The notes below the pieces were generated by a model, which was not told where the DNA came from, searched no databases, and was given only the letters and a program-made list of their open reading frames with translations. DNA of 64,000 nt, taken from positions 45,975 to 109,974 of the forward strand of contig JBGSJG010000004.1 of the NCBI GenBank assembly GCA_041742135.1. Direction: 5' to 3'. The translations under genes and the position numbers were made by a program. This DNA is from Patescibacteria group bacterium. Lineage in GTDB: Bacteria > Patescibacteriota > Microgenomatia > UBA8517. Below, piece by piece: positions 19,203-28,250 of the stretch; within the stretch, counting starts at the first letter, position 1; every line of letters begins with the position of its first letter.

Positions 19203-20456
19203 CTATTGCCGATATTTTATTGCAGCTACAAAGTCGTCCTCAAAGGCATAAACATAGATGTATGGATCCGCATAGTTAATTTTTAGGTCAGTATCAGCGA
19301 ATGTCTTGAGGCCGAATATTTTAATTGGTTTGAGAGTTTTACTGTCAAAAGCGTAAAAGTTGGTCGTAAACCCTCCGCCGTAAATGACGTCTTTAAGAAA
19401 CACATCACCCGCGTCCGAAACGTGGTCTAACCGGTTGTTGGCTTGCCAGATTGTTTTGCCTGTATCACTATTAAGTGCGTAAAGTTTACTATTTTTATAG
19501 CTGTCAATGTATAAAATGTTGTTTTTGTGTCGCAATGTTGACACCCCACCCTCGATTTTCTGTGACCAAAGTGCGCCCCCGCTCTGAACATCGATTGCCA
19601 GAATCCTTGATGCTTTTGCCGCATAAAGTGTTTTATTTACAATTTCTGTCTGGATATCCTGAAATTCGTCGTCGCTCATGCTATGCGACCACTTTTCTTG
19701 CCCAGAAGGCAGATTATATCCTTTTACGGTTTTATCAAAAACCAATAATGTATTTTCAATAATGTCAAAAGTTGCATCACCTAGATTTTTGTAAACAGCA
19801 ATTAGTTTTCCGTTTTTGGCATTAAGAATATATATGTTTGATCTAACAGGAAGTGAGGTGTAAAGATCATCACAGTAGCCCAAGCCTGCCACATAATCTC
19901 CGAAAAGCCGAAAACCAATAGGGAAGCAGTCAACGCTTGGTATGGAGTATTTCCAGACAGTGTTGCCCCGAGCATCTTTTCGTGTCACAACAGTAGCGCT
20001 GCCCTCTTTTTTAACCGTTATTTCTTCCGTTTTGTATTCTTCTGGCTTCTGATCAACTCTTACCCCTGTTTGTTTTTCGATAGCAATTACTTCTGGTTTA
20101 TTGGTATAGATAAAAGCAAATTCACTGCTTGAATTAACATGTATTCCGCTTATGCCGTCGGCAAAGCTATCTTCCCACTTTTTTTGCCCGGATTTGGCGT
20201 CCAGTACTACCAACTTATTGCCTTGTATGGGTAGAAACAACAATCCTTGGTTGTAAGCCGGGAAGCCGGAGTTTTTTGCGATTGGAGCCTCAAGTTTAAT
20301 TTGCCATGCTTGCCAAGGCTTTTCAATTTCAATATCTTCAAACTTGATTGATTTTTGGTTTTGAAAGTTTAACGAAGTAGGACGGAAAAACAAAACACCT
20401 AACCCAAACAATAAAAAAATGATAAGAAAATGAGCAACACCGCTTTTGTGGGGCAT
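19203..20456 (-). CDS. PQQ-like beta-propeller repeat protein
   Basis: Repeated LDAKSGQKKW / IDVQSGGALW / LNSDTGKTIW; start moved to ATG 20456. Confidence 0.8.
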   Translation of the reverse strand: MPHKSGVAHFLIIFLLFGLGVLFFRPTSLNFQNQKSIKFEDIEIEKPWQAWQIKLEAPIAKNSGFPAYNQGLLFLPIQGNKLVVLDAKSGQKKWEDSFADGISGIHVNSSSEFAFIYTNKPEVIAIEKQTGVRVDQKPEEYKTEEITVKKEGSATVVTRKDARGNTVWKYSIPSVDCFPIGFRLFGDYVAGLGYCDDLYTSLPVRSNIYILNAKNGKLIAVYKNLGDATFDIIENTLLVFDKTVKGYNLPSGQEKWSHSMSDDEFQDIQTEIVNKTLYAAKASRILAIDVQSGGALWSQKIEGGVSTLRHKNNILYIDSYKNSKLYALNSDTGKTIWQANNRLDHVSDAGDVFLKDVIYGGGFTTNFYAFDSKTLKPIKIFGLKTFADTDLKINYADPYIYVYAFEDDFVAAIKYRQ

Positions 20457-20487
20457 AACTACCCTAGTATAGTACAATTGTTTTGCC

Positions 20488-21510
20488 ATGAAATTATTCG
20501 GTCGTAGAAAAAAAGAAGAAGACGACGTAGAATCCAAAGAACCTAAGGATCTTGAGAGGCCCAAGCGCATTCGCAAAAAGAAAGAGGAGCCGCCAAAGCC
20601 TTGGGGACGCTCTGAGCGCTACTTGGTACTTGGCGTACTTGGAGTGACTGTTATAGGGGCTGCATTTTTAGCTCTTTCCGCGCGTGAATGGAAACTTCCT
20701 GGCCTGCCTCGTCTGGGGCTTCCTAAAGGCATGCTTGAGCAAAGCTATGTCTTGGAAGGTGAAGTACCCGCAAAGGACACGAGTCTTATTATCAGTGAGT
20801 TTAATCGTTTGACACAAGAGTTGTCAGGAGTATACGGCCTTTATGTGGCAAACCTAAACACCGACGCTACTTATGGCATAAATGAAGGAGAAGAGTTTGA
20901 AGCGGCTTCACTTATGAAGCTTCCCGTAATGGCAATGATGTATTCGATGCACGAAAATGGTGACATTGACTTGGATGATGTTTATTCGCTGAAGGATACG
21001 GATCGAGTTGGAGGGTCGGGGAGCATTGTTTATCAGCCTACGGGAACTGAATACTCCTATCGTGAGCTGGTTGATTACATGGGGCAACAATCTGACAACA
21101 CTGCTCTTCGCGCCTGTTTAAATTTACTGGGTGAGGGGAATGTAGAAAATTATATACAAAGCATTGGAATGACCAATACATCTTTTGCTGATAACTCAAC
21201 AACTCCGCGTGACATTGGATTGTTTTTTAAAAAGCTTTGGACCGCCAAGTTAGTCGAGAAGAAAAATCGTGACGCAATACTAAAGTCTTTGACAGATACG
21301 ATTTACGAAGACTGGATTCCACTTGGAATACCAGAAGTTCGCGTTGCTCATAAATTTGGCCGAGAGGTGCATGTGGTGAACGATGCTGGTATTGTCTTTG
21401 GCTCAGACCCTTTTGTTTTGGTAATTATGAGTAAAGGTGTTTTGGAAAAAGAAGCTGACGAATTTATTCCGGCGATGGCGTCGGTCGTGTACAATTTTGA
21501 GGCACGCTAG
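20488..21510 (+). CDS. Membrane-anchored serine hydrolase (class A beta-lactamase-like fold)
   Basis: AASLMK, SDN, AHKFG, NDAGIV. Confidence 0.88.
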   Translation: MKLFGRRKKEEDDVESKEPKDLERPKRIRKKKEEPPKPWGRSERYLVLGVLGVTVIGAAFLALSAREWKLPGLPRLGLPKGMLEQSYVLEGEVPAKDTSLIISEFNRLTQELSGVYGLYVANLNTDATYGINEGEEFEAASLMKLPVMAMMYSMHENGDIDLDDVYSLKDTDRVGGSGSIVYQPTGTEYSYRELVDYMGQQSDNTALRACLNLLGEGNVENYIQSIGMTNTSFADNSTTPRDIGLFFKKLWTAKLVEKKNRDAILKSLTDTIYEDWIPLGIPEVRVAHKFGREVHVVNDAGIVFGSDPFVLVIMSKGVLEKEADEFIPAMASVVYNFEAR

Positions 21511-23515
21511 ATTCTTCTAAAAACCATTCAGTTCGCCCACATACTTTTTTTTGTACCAAACCAGCGGGTATTTCCCAGGGATGATTACTCGCGTCGGCTA
21601 CTAAATTTGTCATTATTGAATTCCAAATTGGTGAAGCACCGGTGATTCCGGACGCCACTCGGCTCATGGGAGCATTGTTATTATTGCCCACCCAGACTGC
21701 CACTAGATAGTTTTGATTGTAGCCAACAGTAAGATTGTCGCGCAGATCATTGCTTGTTCCAGTTTTGACAGCGATTTCACGATGATTTGGAATTACAAGC
21801 GCAGAATGGCTCCCAAAAGCTGGGGAGCGTGCATCATTGTCGCGAAGAATATCAGTCAAGATAAAGGCGACTCTGGGGTCTAGGGCCTGGGTTTCTGTTG
21901 GCTTATGTGTGAATATTACTTTGTCTTCAGAGTTTTTTATTTCTTTTATTGCCGAAAATTCTGGACGGTTACCGCTATTGGCTAGGGTTGTATATACGCT
22001 TGAAAGCTCAAGAAGTGTCACTTCACCACCTCCAAGAGTTAGGGATAACCCGAACCGTGACGGGTCACTCCATGAATTAATTCCCATTTTTCGACCCATT
22101 TGAATCATGTTACTAACTCCAATTGAATTTAGTACACGAACGGCTGGAATATTTCTTGACTCGGCCAAGGCACTTCGAAGAGTTATCTTGCCACGATATT
22201 TATTGTCATAATTTTTGGGAACATATGGCTGTGTTCCCGCGGCTTCAAATTTGACAGGGCTATCATCAAGTAGCGTCATCGCTGTGAAGCCGTGCGACAA
22301 GGCGTAAGCGTAGTTAACAACTTTTATTGAAGACCCGGGCTGTCGCGGCATGAGGGTTACGTTCACGTTTCCGTCAATGTCTTGAGCAAAGTAATTTTTC
22401 GATCCAACCATCGCAAGAATTTCCCCTTTTTTTGGGTCTATCACCAAAGCTGCGCCGTTACCCACCTTTAGGTTTGTCAATTTATCAACTTCGCGGGCAA
22501 CTGCTTCTTCGGCCAAATTTTGAATATTTATGTCAAGAGTTGTGGTAACTTCGTAGCCTTTGGTAAAAATTTCTTCGCCATACATTTTTACTAAAAGTTC
22601 TCGAACATAAAATACAAAATGTGGAGCTTTAATATCGGTTGTGTGAGGGACAACCTCGACATGTTCTGTCATTGCCTCGTCATATCGTGGTCCGGAAATA
22701 TACCCTTCGTTTTTCATGAGTCCCAAGACTTCATCTTTTCGTTTTTGGGCCAAATCTGGATCTGTGCCGTGTGGGGAAAGCAGACTTGGGCTTTTGGGAA
22801 GGCCAGCTAAAAGAGCGGCTTGGGCAAGGCTGAGCTCGTTTATAGGCTTATTAAAATAATATTGTGACGCTTCGGCAATTCCGTAGGCCGTTCCGCCATA
22901 ACTTACTTCGTTTAGGTACATTTCAAGTATTTCATCTTTTGAGTATTTTTGCTCCACCGCGATCGCAATTAAAACCTCACGGACTTTTCGCCACAAGGTC
23001 TTTTCAGGCGACAGAAGGGCATTTTTAACCAATTGCTGTGTAATTGTCGATCCGCTAGTTATTCTGCCGTCTTTGGCAAATTTTATTATCGCCCTCCCCA
23101 TACCTTTTATGGAAAACCCGGGATGATTGTAAAATTCTGCGTCTTCAGCGGCTAGTGTCGCAAGCCGTACATGCAGAGGAACATCCGCGAGGTGCACTAG
23201 TGTTCTGTCTTTGTCTTTAAAAAGTTTGTATAGAAGAACTCCATTTTTGTCGTAAATTTTTGTTGTAACATCGATGTTTCTTTTCGAAAGCTCATCAGGG
23301 CGAGGAAGACTGCGCATAAAAAAATTCCAAAAAAAAGCTACAGACAAATAAAATATCAAGATGGAAAGGATAAGAGAGAGGGTGATTTTTGGAAGTACTC
23401 CACGCAAAGAAATTTGTGATATAGCAAACACTATAAGAGATATCCCTACGAACCCAAAATATAATGGAAGCCCGATAATACGGAATATTTTCGCAATAAC
23501 GTTTCTAGGACCCAC
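21464..23515 (-). CDS. Class A penicillin-binding protein
   Basis: EDAEFYNH, GSTITQQLVKN, RQPGSSIK, SRN, KTGT. Confidence 0.95.
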   Translation of the reverse strand: MGPRNVIAKIFRIIGLPLYFGFVGISLIVFAISQISLRGVLPKITLSLILSILIFYLSVAFFWNFFMRSLPRPDELSKRNIDVTTKIYDKNGVLLYKLFKDKDRTLVHLADVPLHVRLATLAAEDAEFYNHPGFSIKGMGRAIIKFAKDGRITSGSTITQQLVKNALLSPEKTLWRKVREVLIAIAVEQKYSKDEILEMYLNEVSYGGTAYGIAEASQYYFNKPINELSLAQAALLAGLPKSPSLLSPHGTDPDLAQKRKDEVLGLMKNEGYISGPRYDEAMTEHVEVVPHTTDIKAPHFVFYVRELLVKMYGEEIFTKGYEVTTTLDINIQNLAEEAVAREVDKLTNLKVGNGAALVIDPKKGEILAMVGSKNYFAQDIDGNVNVTLMPRQPGSSIKVVNYAYALSHGFTAMTLLDDSPVKFEAAGTQPYVPKNYDNKYRGKITLRSALAESRNIPAVRVLNSIGVSNMIQMGRKMGINSWSDPSRFGLSLTLGGGEVTLLELSSVYTTLANSGNRPEFSAIKEIKNSEDKVIFTHKPTETQALDPRVAFILTDILRDNDARSPAFGSHSALVIPNHREIAVKTGTSNDLRDNLTVGYNQNYLVAVWVGNNNNAPMSRVASGITGASPIWNSIMTNLVADASNHPWEIPAGLVQKKVCGRTEWFLEESSVPQNCTRPTPSPE

Positions 23516-23543
23516 TTTAATAATATTATCAAAAACCCTATAG

Positions 23544-25838
23544 TCAGTGAAGAGGATATTTTACTGAAACTTGTAGCATTGGGCCTGTGCAATCAAGGCA
23601 TATAACCGTCTCTAGTGGATCGCGGATTATCAAATGGCTTTCGGGATGTACCTGCTCTGGAAGAGCTTCGGCGTTGGCAAGGTTTCCAGTATCGTTAAAA
23701 ACCAGTACGTCTTGGCGAATAGCACTGCCTTCAGGTACAGTGTCAGCCAGATAGTACTCAAACCGAGTAGGGCAATCGTGAGTAGCATCGTTGGGTATGG
23801 CGCCAGTTGTGGCACAAACACTTGCCCCCACAACGTCGCTCGGTTGTTTTGGCCAAGCATGGCCTTTTTCTTCGGAAGAGTAGTAACCGCTCTCGGCTTT
23901 GCTTAAAACTTCTTTCATAATTTTATTCCATATAGGTGATGCTCCTGAAACGCCGGATACCGCGCCTCCCATGGGGGAGTTATCATTGTTTCCCACCCAA
24001 ATTAATGTAAGCGCTTGCTCGGTATAGCCAATTGTCCAGTTGTCACGCCCGTCGTTTGTGGTACCTGTTTTGACGGAAACTTCTGGGTGGCCGGAAACTA
24101 CCAAGTAGGAGCTGCCTCCAAAAGCAGCACTTCTGGCATTATTATCGTGGAGAATATGCGAGATAATAAATGCCGGACCGGGATCCATGACACGATCTCC
24201 TTCAATATCGGCATTGGGCTTTTTTTCATAAAGAACTTGGCCTTTCCAGTCTGTGATCTTAATGAAAGCTGAGAATTCCTTTTTGACTCCCTGATTAGCG
24301 AGGGTTGAGAAAGCCTGCGCCATGTCAATTGGGCGCACCTCGCCACCACCTAAGGTCAAAGAAAGACCATAATCAGAAGTGTTGTTAAACGTTGTAATAC
24401 CCATTTTTCCAGCAAAGTCTATGAACTCTTTGAGACCATTTAGGGCTAAAACGCGGACCGCTGGGATATTGTATGAGTTGCCAAGAGCGAACCTAGTTTG
24501 AGTCGCACCATGGAAGCTTCCATCGTAATTTTTGGGGCAATAAGCGGCTTGGCCTAAAACATTAAAACATGTAGGAATATCAGCTAGGGGAGTGCTTGCA
24601 GTAATTGTTTTGTTTTGGATCGCAAGAGCATAGTTTAAAGGTTTGATTGAAGATCCTGGTTGGCGAAGAGCAAAAATAATATTTACCTTACCGTCTTCAT
24701 CTTGGGCAAAATAGTCTTTCGAGCCGACCATGGCGAGGATTTCGCCTGTATTGGGCTTGACCACAAGAGCTGCTCCATTGCCCACTTTAAGTTCCGAAAG
24801 CTTGTCAACTTCGGCAAAAACAGCTTCTTGAGCGTGCTCTTGTAACTCCAAATCCAAAGTAGTTGTAACTCGCAAGCCCCCTTGCTCCACGACAGCCTCA
24901 CCGTACTCTTCGGCCAATTGCTCTTTTATCCACAGCACGAAGTGGGGTGCTTTGAGGGAAGTTGGCTCGGCATAGACAATCTCTGAATCGCGAGCCGCAT
25001 CTGCTTCTTCCTGGCTAATGTGGCCATCCTCGACCATTCGGGCTAGTACGGTTTTTTGCCGATCACGCGCAAGCTCTGGGCGCGAACCAAAAGGCGAGTA
25101 TCTACTCGGAGCTGCTGGGAGGCCAGCCAATAGCGTGGCCTCAGAAAGTGTTAAGTCTTTTGCCTTTTTACCAAAATACATCTCACTTGCAGCCTCGATC
25201 CCGTACGAGGTCGAGCCGTAAGGAATTTGATTTAAATACATACTTAATATCTCGTCTTTGGAGTATCTTGCCTCGACAATAAGAGCCAAGACAAACTCGC
25301 GGATTTTGCGCCTTACAGTGCGCTCTGGGGACAAAAGTGTGTTTTTGACAAGCTGTTGGGTGAGTGTTGAGCCACCCTCTAGCTTTTGCCTAAAAAGATT
25401 TTTATATAGTGCTCGAGCCATACCTGTCACCGAAAAACCGGGGTGCTTATAAAAATCTTTATCTTCGATTGATATTGTGGCGTCTACAACATAGTCGGGA
25501 AGCTCCGAAATGTCGATTGGCGAGCGGCGCTTGTCAGCAAATATTTCATAAACAAGCTCTCCATTGCGGTCAAAAATCTTTGTAGATACTGGTTCTTGTT
25601 CTTTAAAAAGTCCCGCTATTGGAAGCCCCCAAAAGACCCAAACACCAAAGCCTCCGAGTAAAACACTCATAAGTACTATTGGGATAGCGATTTTTTTGGA
25701 AACTTTTAGCTTTCTCGGAAGCTTAAACTTAAGCCTAGGCACGCTGAGTTGTTTTCTTGGTTTTGCTTTCTTGGTTACTTTGACAATTTGCTTGTCTCGG
25801 GCCAGCTTTTTAGATAGTTTTTTTGCACTTTTTGCCAT
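23544..25838 (-). CDS. Class A penicillin-binding protein
   Basis: EDKDFYKH, GGSTLTQQLVKN, RQPGSSIK, SYN, KTGT. Confidence 0.95.
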   Translation of the reverse strand: MAKSAKKLSKKLARDKQIVKVTKKAKPRKQLSVPRLKFKLPRKLKVSKKIAIPIVLMSVLLGGFGVWVFWGLPIAGLFKEQEPVSTKIFDRNGELVYEIFADKRRSPIDISELPDYVVDATISIEDKDFYKHPGFSVTGMARALYKNLFRQKLEGGSTLTQQLVKNTLLSPERTVRRKIREFVLALIVEARYSKDEILSMYLNQIPYGSTSYGIEAASEMYFGKKAKDLTLSEATLLAGLPAAPSRYSPFGSRPELARDRQKTVLARMVEDGHISQEEADAARDSEIVYAEPTSLKAPHFVLWIKEQLAEEYGEAVVEQGGLRVTTTLDLELQEHAQEAVFAEVDKLSELKVGNGAALVVKPNTGEILAMVGSKDYFAQDEDGKVNIIFALRQPGSSIKPLNYALAIQNKTITASTPLADIPTCFNVLGQAAYCPKNYDGSFHGATQTRFALGNSYNIPAVRVLALNGLKEFIDFAGKMGITTFNNTSDYGLSLTLGGGEVRPIDMAQAFSTLANQGVKKEFSAFIKITDWKGQVLYEKKPNADIEGDRVMDPGPAFIISHILHDNNARSAAFGGSSYLVVSGHPEVSVKTGTTNDGRDNWTIGYTEQALTLIWVGNNDNSPMGGAVSGVSGASPIWNKIMKEVLSKAESGYYSSEEKGHAWPKQPSDVVGASVCATTGAIPNDATHDCPTRFEYYLADTVPEGSAIRQDVLVFNDTGNLANAEALPEQVHPESHLIIRDPLETVICLDCTGPMLQVSVKYPLH

Positions 25839-25866
25839 GCTTCAAATTATACCCTAAAATGGAAAG

Positions 25867-26373
25867 GTGAAGATAAAGTCTAAGCCTTGGTGGAATTATT
25901 TAGAGGATGATTTGAAAGAGTCGCTGGAGCTGTCGTTTTATTTGGCAACGCGCTCAAGCGAGTGGAGTAAAAAGTTTTACGATTATTCATTTATAGTCTT
26001 TCCTGCGGCAAAAGCGTATGAAGGTTTTTTGAAAAAATTGTTTTACGATATGGATCTTATATCAAAAGAAGATTATTTTGGTAAACATTTTAGGATCGGC
26101 AAAGCCTTAAATCCGGAGCTTGAAGAGCGATTCAAAGCAGAGGGTTGGGTTTATGGCCGCTTAAGCCAATTTTGCGGTGGTGACAACTTGCCGGAAACTC
26201 TGTGGCAGACATGGAAGCAATCAAGAAATCTTCTTTTTCATTGGTTTCCGAACGAAAAAAATACAGTAAGCCACAACGAGGCAGTCGAGAGGCTTTTGAC
26301 CATAACCAATGCAATAGATACAGTTTACTCGGTATGTCCTGTACAATTAAACAAAGGTAAGTATGGGCAGTAA
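25867..26373 (+). CDS. Standalone HEPN protein resembling the RnlA/LsoA C-terminal RNase domain
   Basis: DYSFIVFPAAKAYEGFLKK and Rx4H motif RNLLFH. Confidence 0.6.
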   Translation: MKIKSKPWWNYLEDDLKESLELSFYLATRSSEWSKKFYDYSFIVFPAAKAYEGFLKKLFYDMDLISKEDYFGKHFRIGKALNPELEERFKAEGWVYGRLSQFCGGDNLPETLWQTWKQSRNLLFHWFPNEKNTVSHNEAVERLLTITNAIDTVYSVCPVQLNKGKYGQ

Positions 26374-27022
26374 AAGTCAGCCAAATCTTTTTCATTTAAA
26401 GCACGCGTTAGTTTTTTATACATATTTGTTTATTGTATGGGGTTTTTATCGGCTTTTGTTTCAAGCTCCTGTTGCCATCGAAGAACTTTTGGTTAAGCCA
26501 GTAGTGTGGCTCGTTCCTCTTATATATTTACTGCGCGTTGAGCGCGCGAGCTTGGCAAGCATTGGGGTTGTTTTTAATAATTTCTTCAAAGTCATTTATT
26601 TTGTCCTTGGTCTTGGGTTTGTGTTTAGTATTTTTGCGCTGCTTGTGAATTTTCTTAAATATAATAATTTGAACTTTGGAGCAAATCTCGGTGAAGTCAG
26701 CTTTGGTTTGGCTATTGGGCTTTCTTTTATTACGGCCGTTACCGAAGAAATTACCTTTAGGGGATACATGCTCACTCGCCTTATGACATTTGTAAAAAAC
26801 CAAACTCAAGCAACTGTGATAATCAGCTTAGGTTGGACCCTGGTACATTTGCCAATTGCGATTTTTGATTGGAAGCTGGATGTTATCCCGCTTTTAGTTT
26901 ACGTTGTGGTGATTTTTCTGTTTTCAGCCGGGACAACTTATGTATTTCTGAAAACCCGTAACATTATCGCCCCGATTCTTCTTCATGTTTTATGGCAATG
27001 GCCAATTATTTTGTTCAGGTAG
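26363..27022 (+). CDS. CPBP (CAAX/Abi) intramembrane metalloprotease
   Basis: EEITFRG, W..VH, HVLW motifs; multi-TM. Confidence 0.9.
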   Translation: MGSKSQPNLFHLKHALVFYTYLFIVWGFYRLLFQAPVAIEELLVKPVVWLVPLIYLLRVERASLASIGVVFNNFFKVIYFVLGLGFVFSIFALLVNFLKYNNLNFGANLGEVSFGLAIGLSFITAVTEEITFRGYMLTRLMTFVKNQTQATVIISLGWTLVHLPIAIFDWKLDVIPLLVYVVVIFLFSAGTTYVFLKTRNIIAPILLHVLWQWPIILFR

Positions 27023-27042
27023 CACGAATAATCCCCGAAACG

Positions 27043-27071
27043 TTGACATAAAACGCTGCCGCCGTTACGAT
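27043..27071 (+). promoter_or_regulatory. Sigma70-type promoter
   Basis: TTGACA-17 nt-TACGAT. Confidence 0.55.
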
Positions 27072-27083
27072 AGTAACTACCCA

Positions 27084-27686
27084 ATGCGAAATAAGTTGGC
27101 CCTGCTGCCTAGTCTTTTAGTCGCCTTCATAGTTTTGTTTATTTCTATATATAAAACAGCTTCCGTTAAATACGTCTTTAGCCAAGAGCCTTCACCCACC
27201 CCCGCAAATTCTGTCGTGAATGTTGATTATCCACTTCCCAGTCCCGTGATGACGCCTGAGAATTTTTTGTGGCCTGCACATGCATTCGCGGATCGACTGC
27301 ACGCTTCAGTTGCAACCAGTGAAATTGAGAGGGCGGAACTTCTACTGGGAGACGCAGACAATCGGCTGGTCTCAGGGCGCGATATGTACAATCGAGGAAA
27401 GATTGAAGAAAGTTTTGTTGTTTTGGCCAAGGCAGAAGGTTATTTATTTCAAAGCTTAGAAATGGCGATTTTAAGCGAGCAAGTGGAAGAAAAAGAACTA
27501 TTTTTGGCCCATCTCGCTATAGCATCGCTTAAGCATCGAGAAATTCTAGAGACAATACTCATTACTTCGCCTGAAGATGGTCGTGCAGTGATGTCGCGTT
27601 TACTGGACACTCCCAAGCTAGTTTATGAATTGTCTTCTGGCGAGCTTCGCAACAACGGCCTCACAGCACCCTCAAACCCTTTTTAA
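27084..27686 (+). CDS. DUF5667-like membrane-anchored protein
   Basis: YPLPSPVMTPENFLWP...ERAELLLGDADNRL; start moved to ATG 27084. Confidence 0.65.
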   Translation: MRNKLALLPSLLVAFIVLFISIYKTASVKYVFSQEPSPTPANSVVNVDYPLPSPVMTPENFLWPAHAFADRLHASVATSEIERAELLLGDADNRLVSGRDMYNRGKIEESFVVLAKAEGYLFQSLEMAILSEQVEEKELFLAHLAIASLKHREILETILITSPEDGRAVMSRLLDTPKLVYELSSGELRNNGLTAPSNPF

Positions 27687-27722
27687 AACTGACATCTTCT
27701 GATACATTTATTAATGGTTGAC

Positions 27723-27738
27723 AATGCATATGTAGTGG
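27723..27738 (+). promoter_or_regulatory. Possible NrdR box overlapping the TTGACA -35 upstream of nrdR-nrdJ
   Basis: AATGCATATGTAGTGG; right half matches the ATATaTwGTG consensus, left half is weak. Confidence 0.35.
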
Positions 27739-27806
27739 TGTTTGATGGAGACTACTACTGTCCATGGTGATTTTGAGTTTCACGAATGAAAAGCTGAAGG
27801 AGTTAA

Positions 27807-28250
27807 ATGAAATGTCCGTTTTGCACAAATTCAAGTTCACAAGTGCTGGAGTCCAGAACAGTAGAAGAGGGTAAAGCAATACGCAGGAGGCGCGAATGCG
27901 AACACTGCGGTAAACGATTTACTACTTACGAAAGGACAAAAAGTAGTGTACTTTGGATTATCAAAAAGGATGGGAAACGCGAACCTTTTGATAAAGACAA
28001 AGTAAGACGAGGGATTTTGAGGGCTATCGAGAAGCGTCCGGTGTCACTCGACTTAGTCGAGGACATTGTTTCTGATCTCGAGCGGGAGATGCTTAAAAAA
28101 GAGAGAGCCGAGATTCCTTCGAAAGTGATTGGTAGGGCGATTATGAGGAGGCTTAAGCGGATTGATAAGGTTGCATGGCTCAGGTTCGCAAGTGTATATT
28201 TGGAGTTTGAAGATGTAAGTGATTTTGAAAAAGCAATCAATAAAATATGA
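27807..28250 (+). CDS. nrdR: Transcriptional repressor NrdR
   Basis: MKCPFC, IRRRRECEHCGKRFTTYE, RFASVY. Confidence 0.98.
   Translation: MKCPFCTNSSSQVLESRTVEEGKAIRRRRECEHCGKRFTTYERTKSSVLWIIKKDGKREPFDKDKVRRGILRAIEKRPVSLDLVEDIVSDLEREMLKKERAEIPSKVIGRAIMRRLKRIDKVAWLRFASVYLEFEDVSDFEKAINKI

Noticed and set aside
20488-21510. Beta-lactam resistance gene
   Set aside because: Membrane-anchored, with a KFG variant and next to PBPs; more plausibly a peptidoglycan peptidase.
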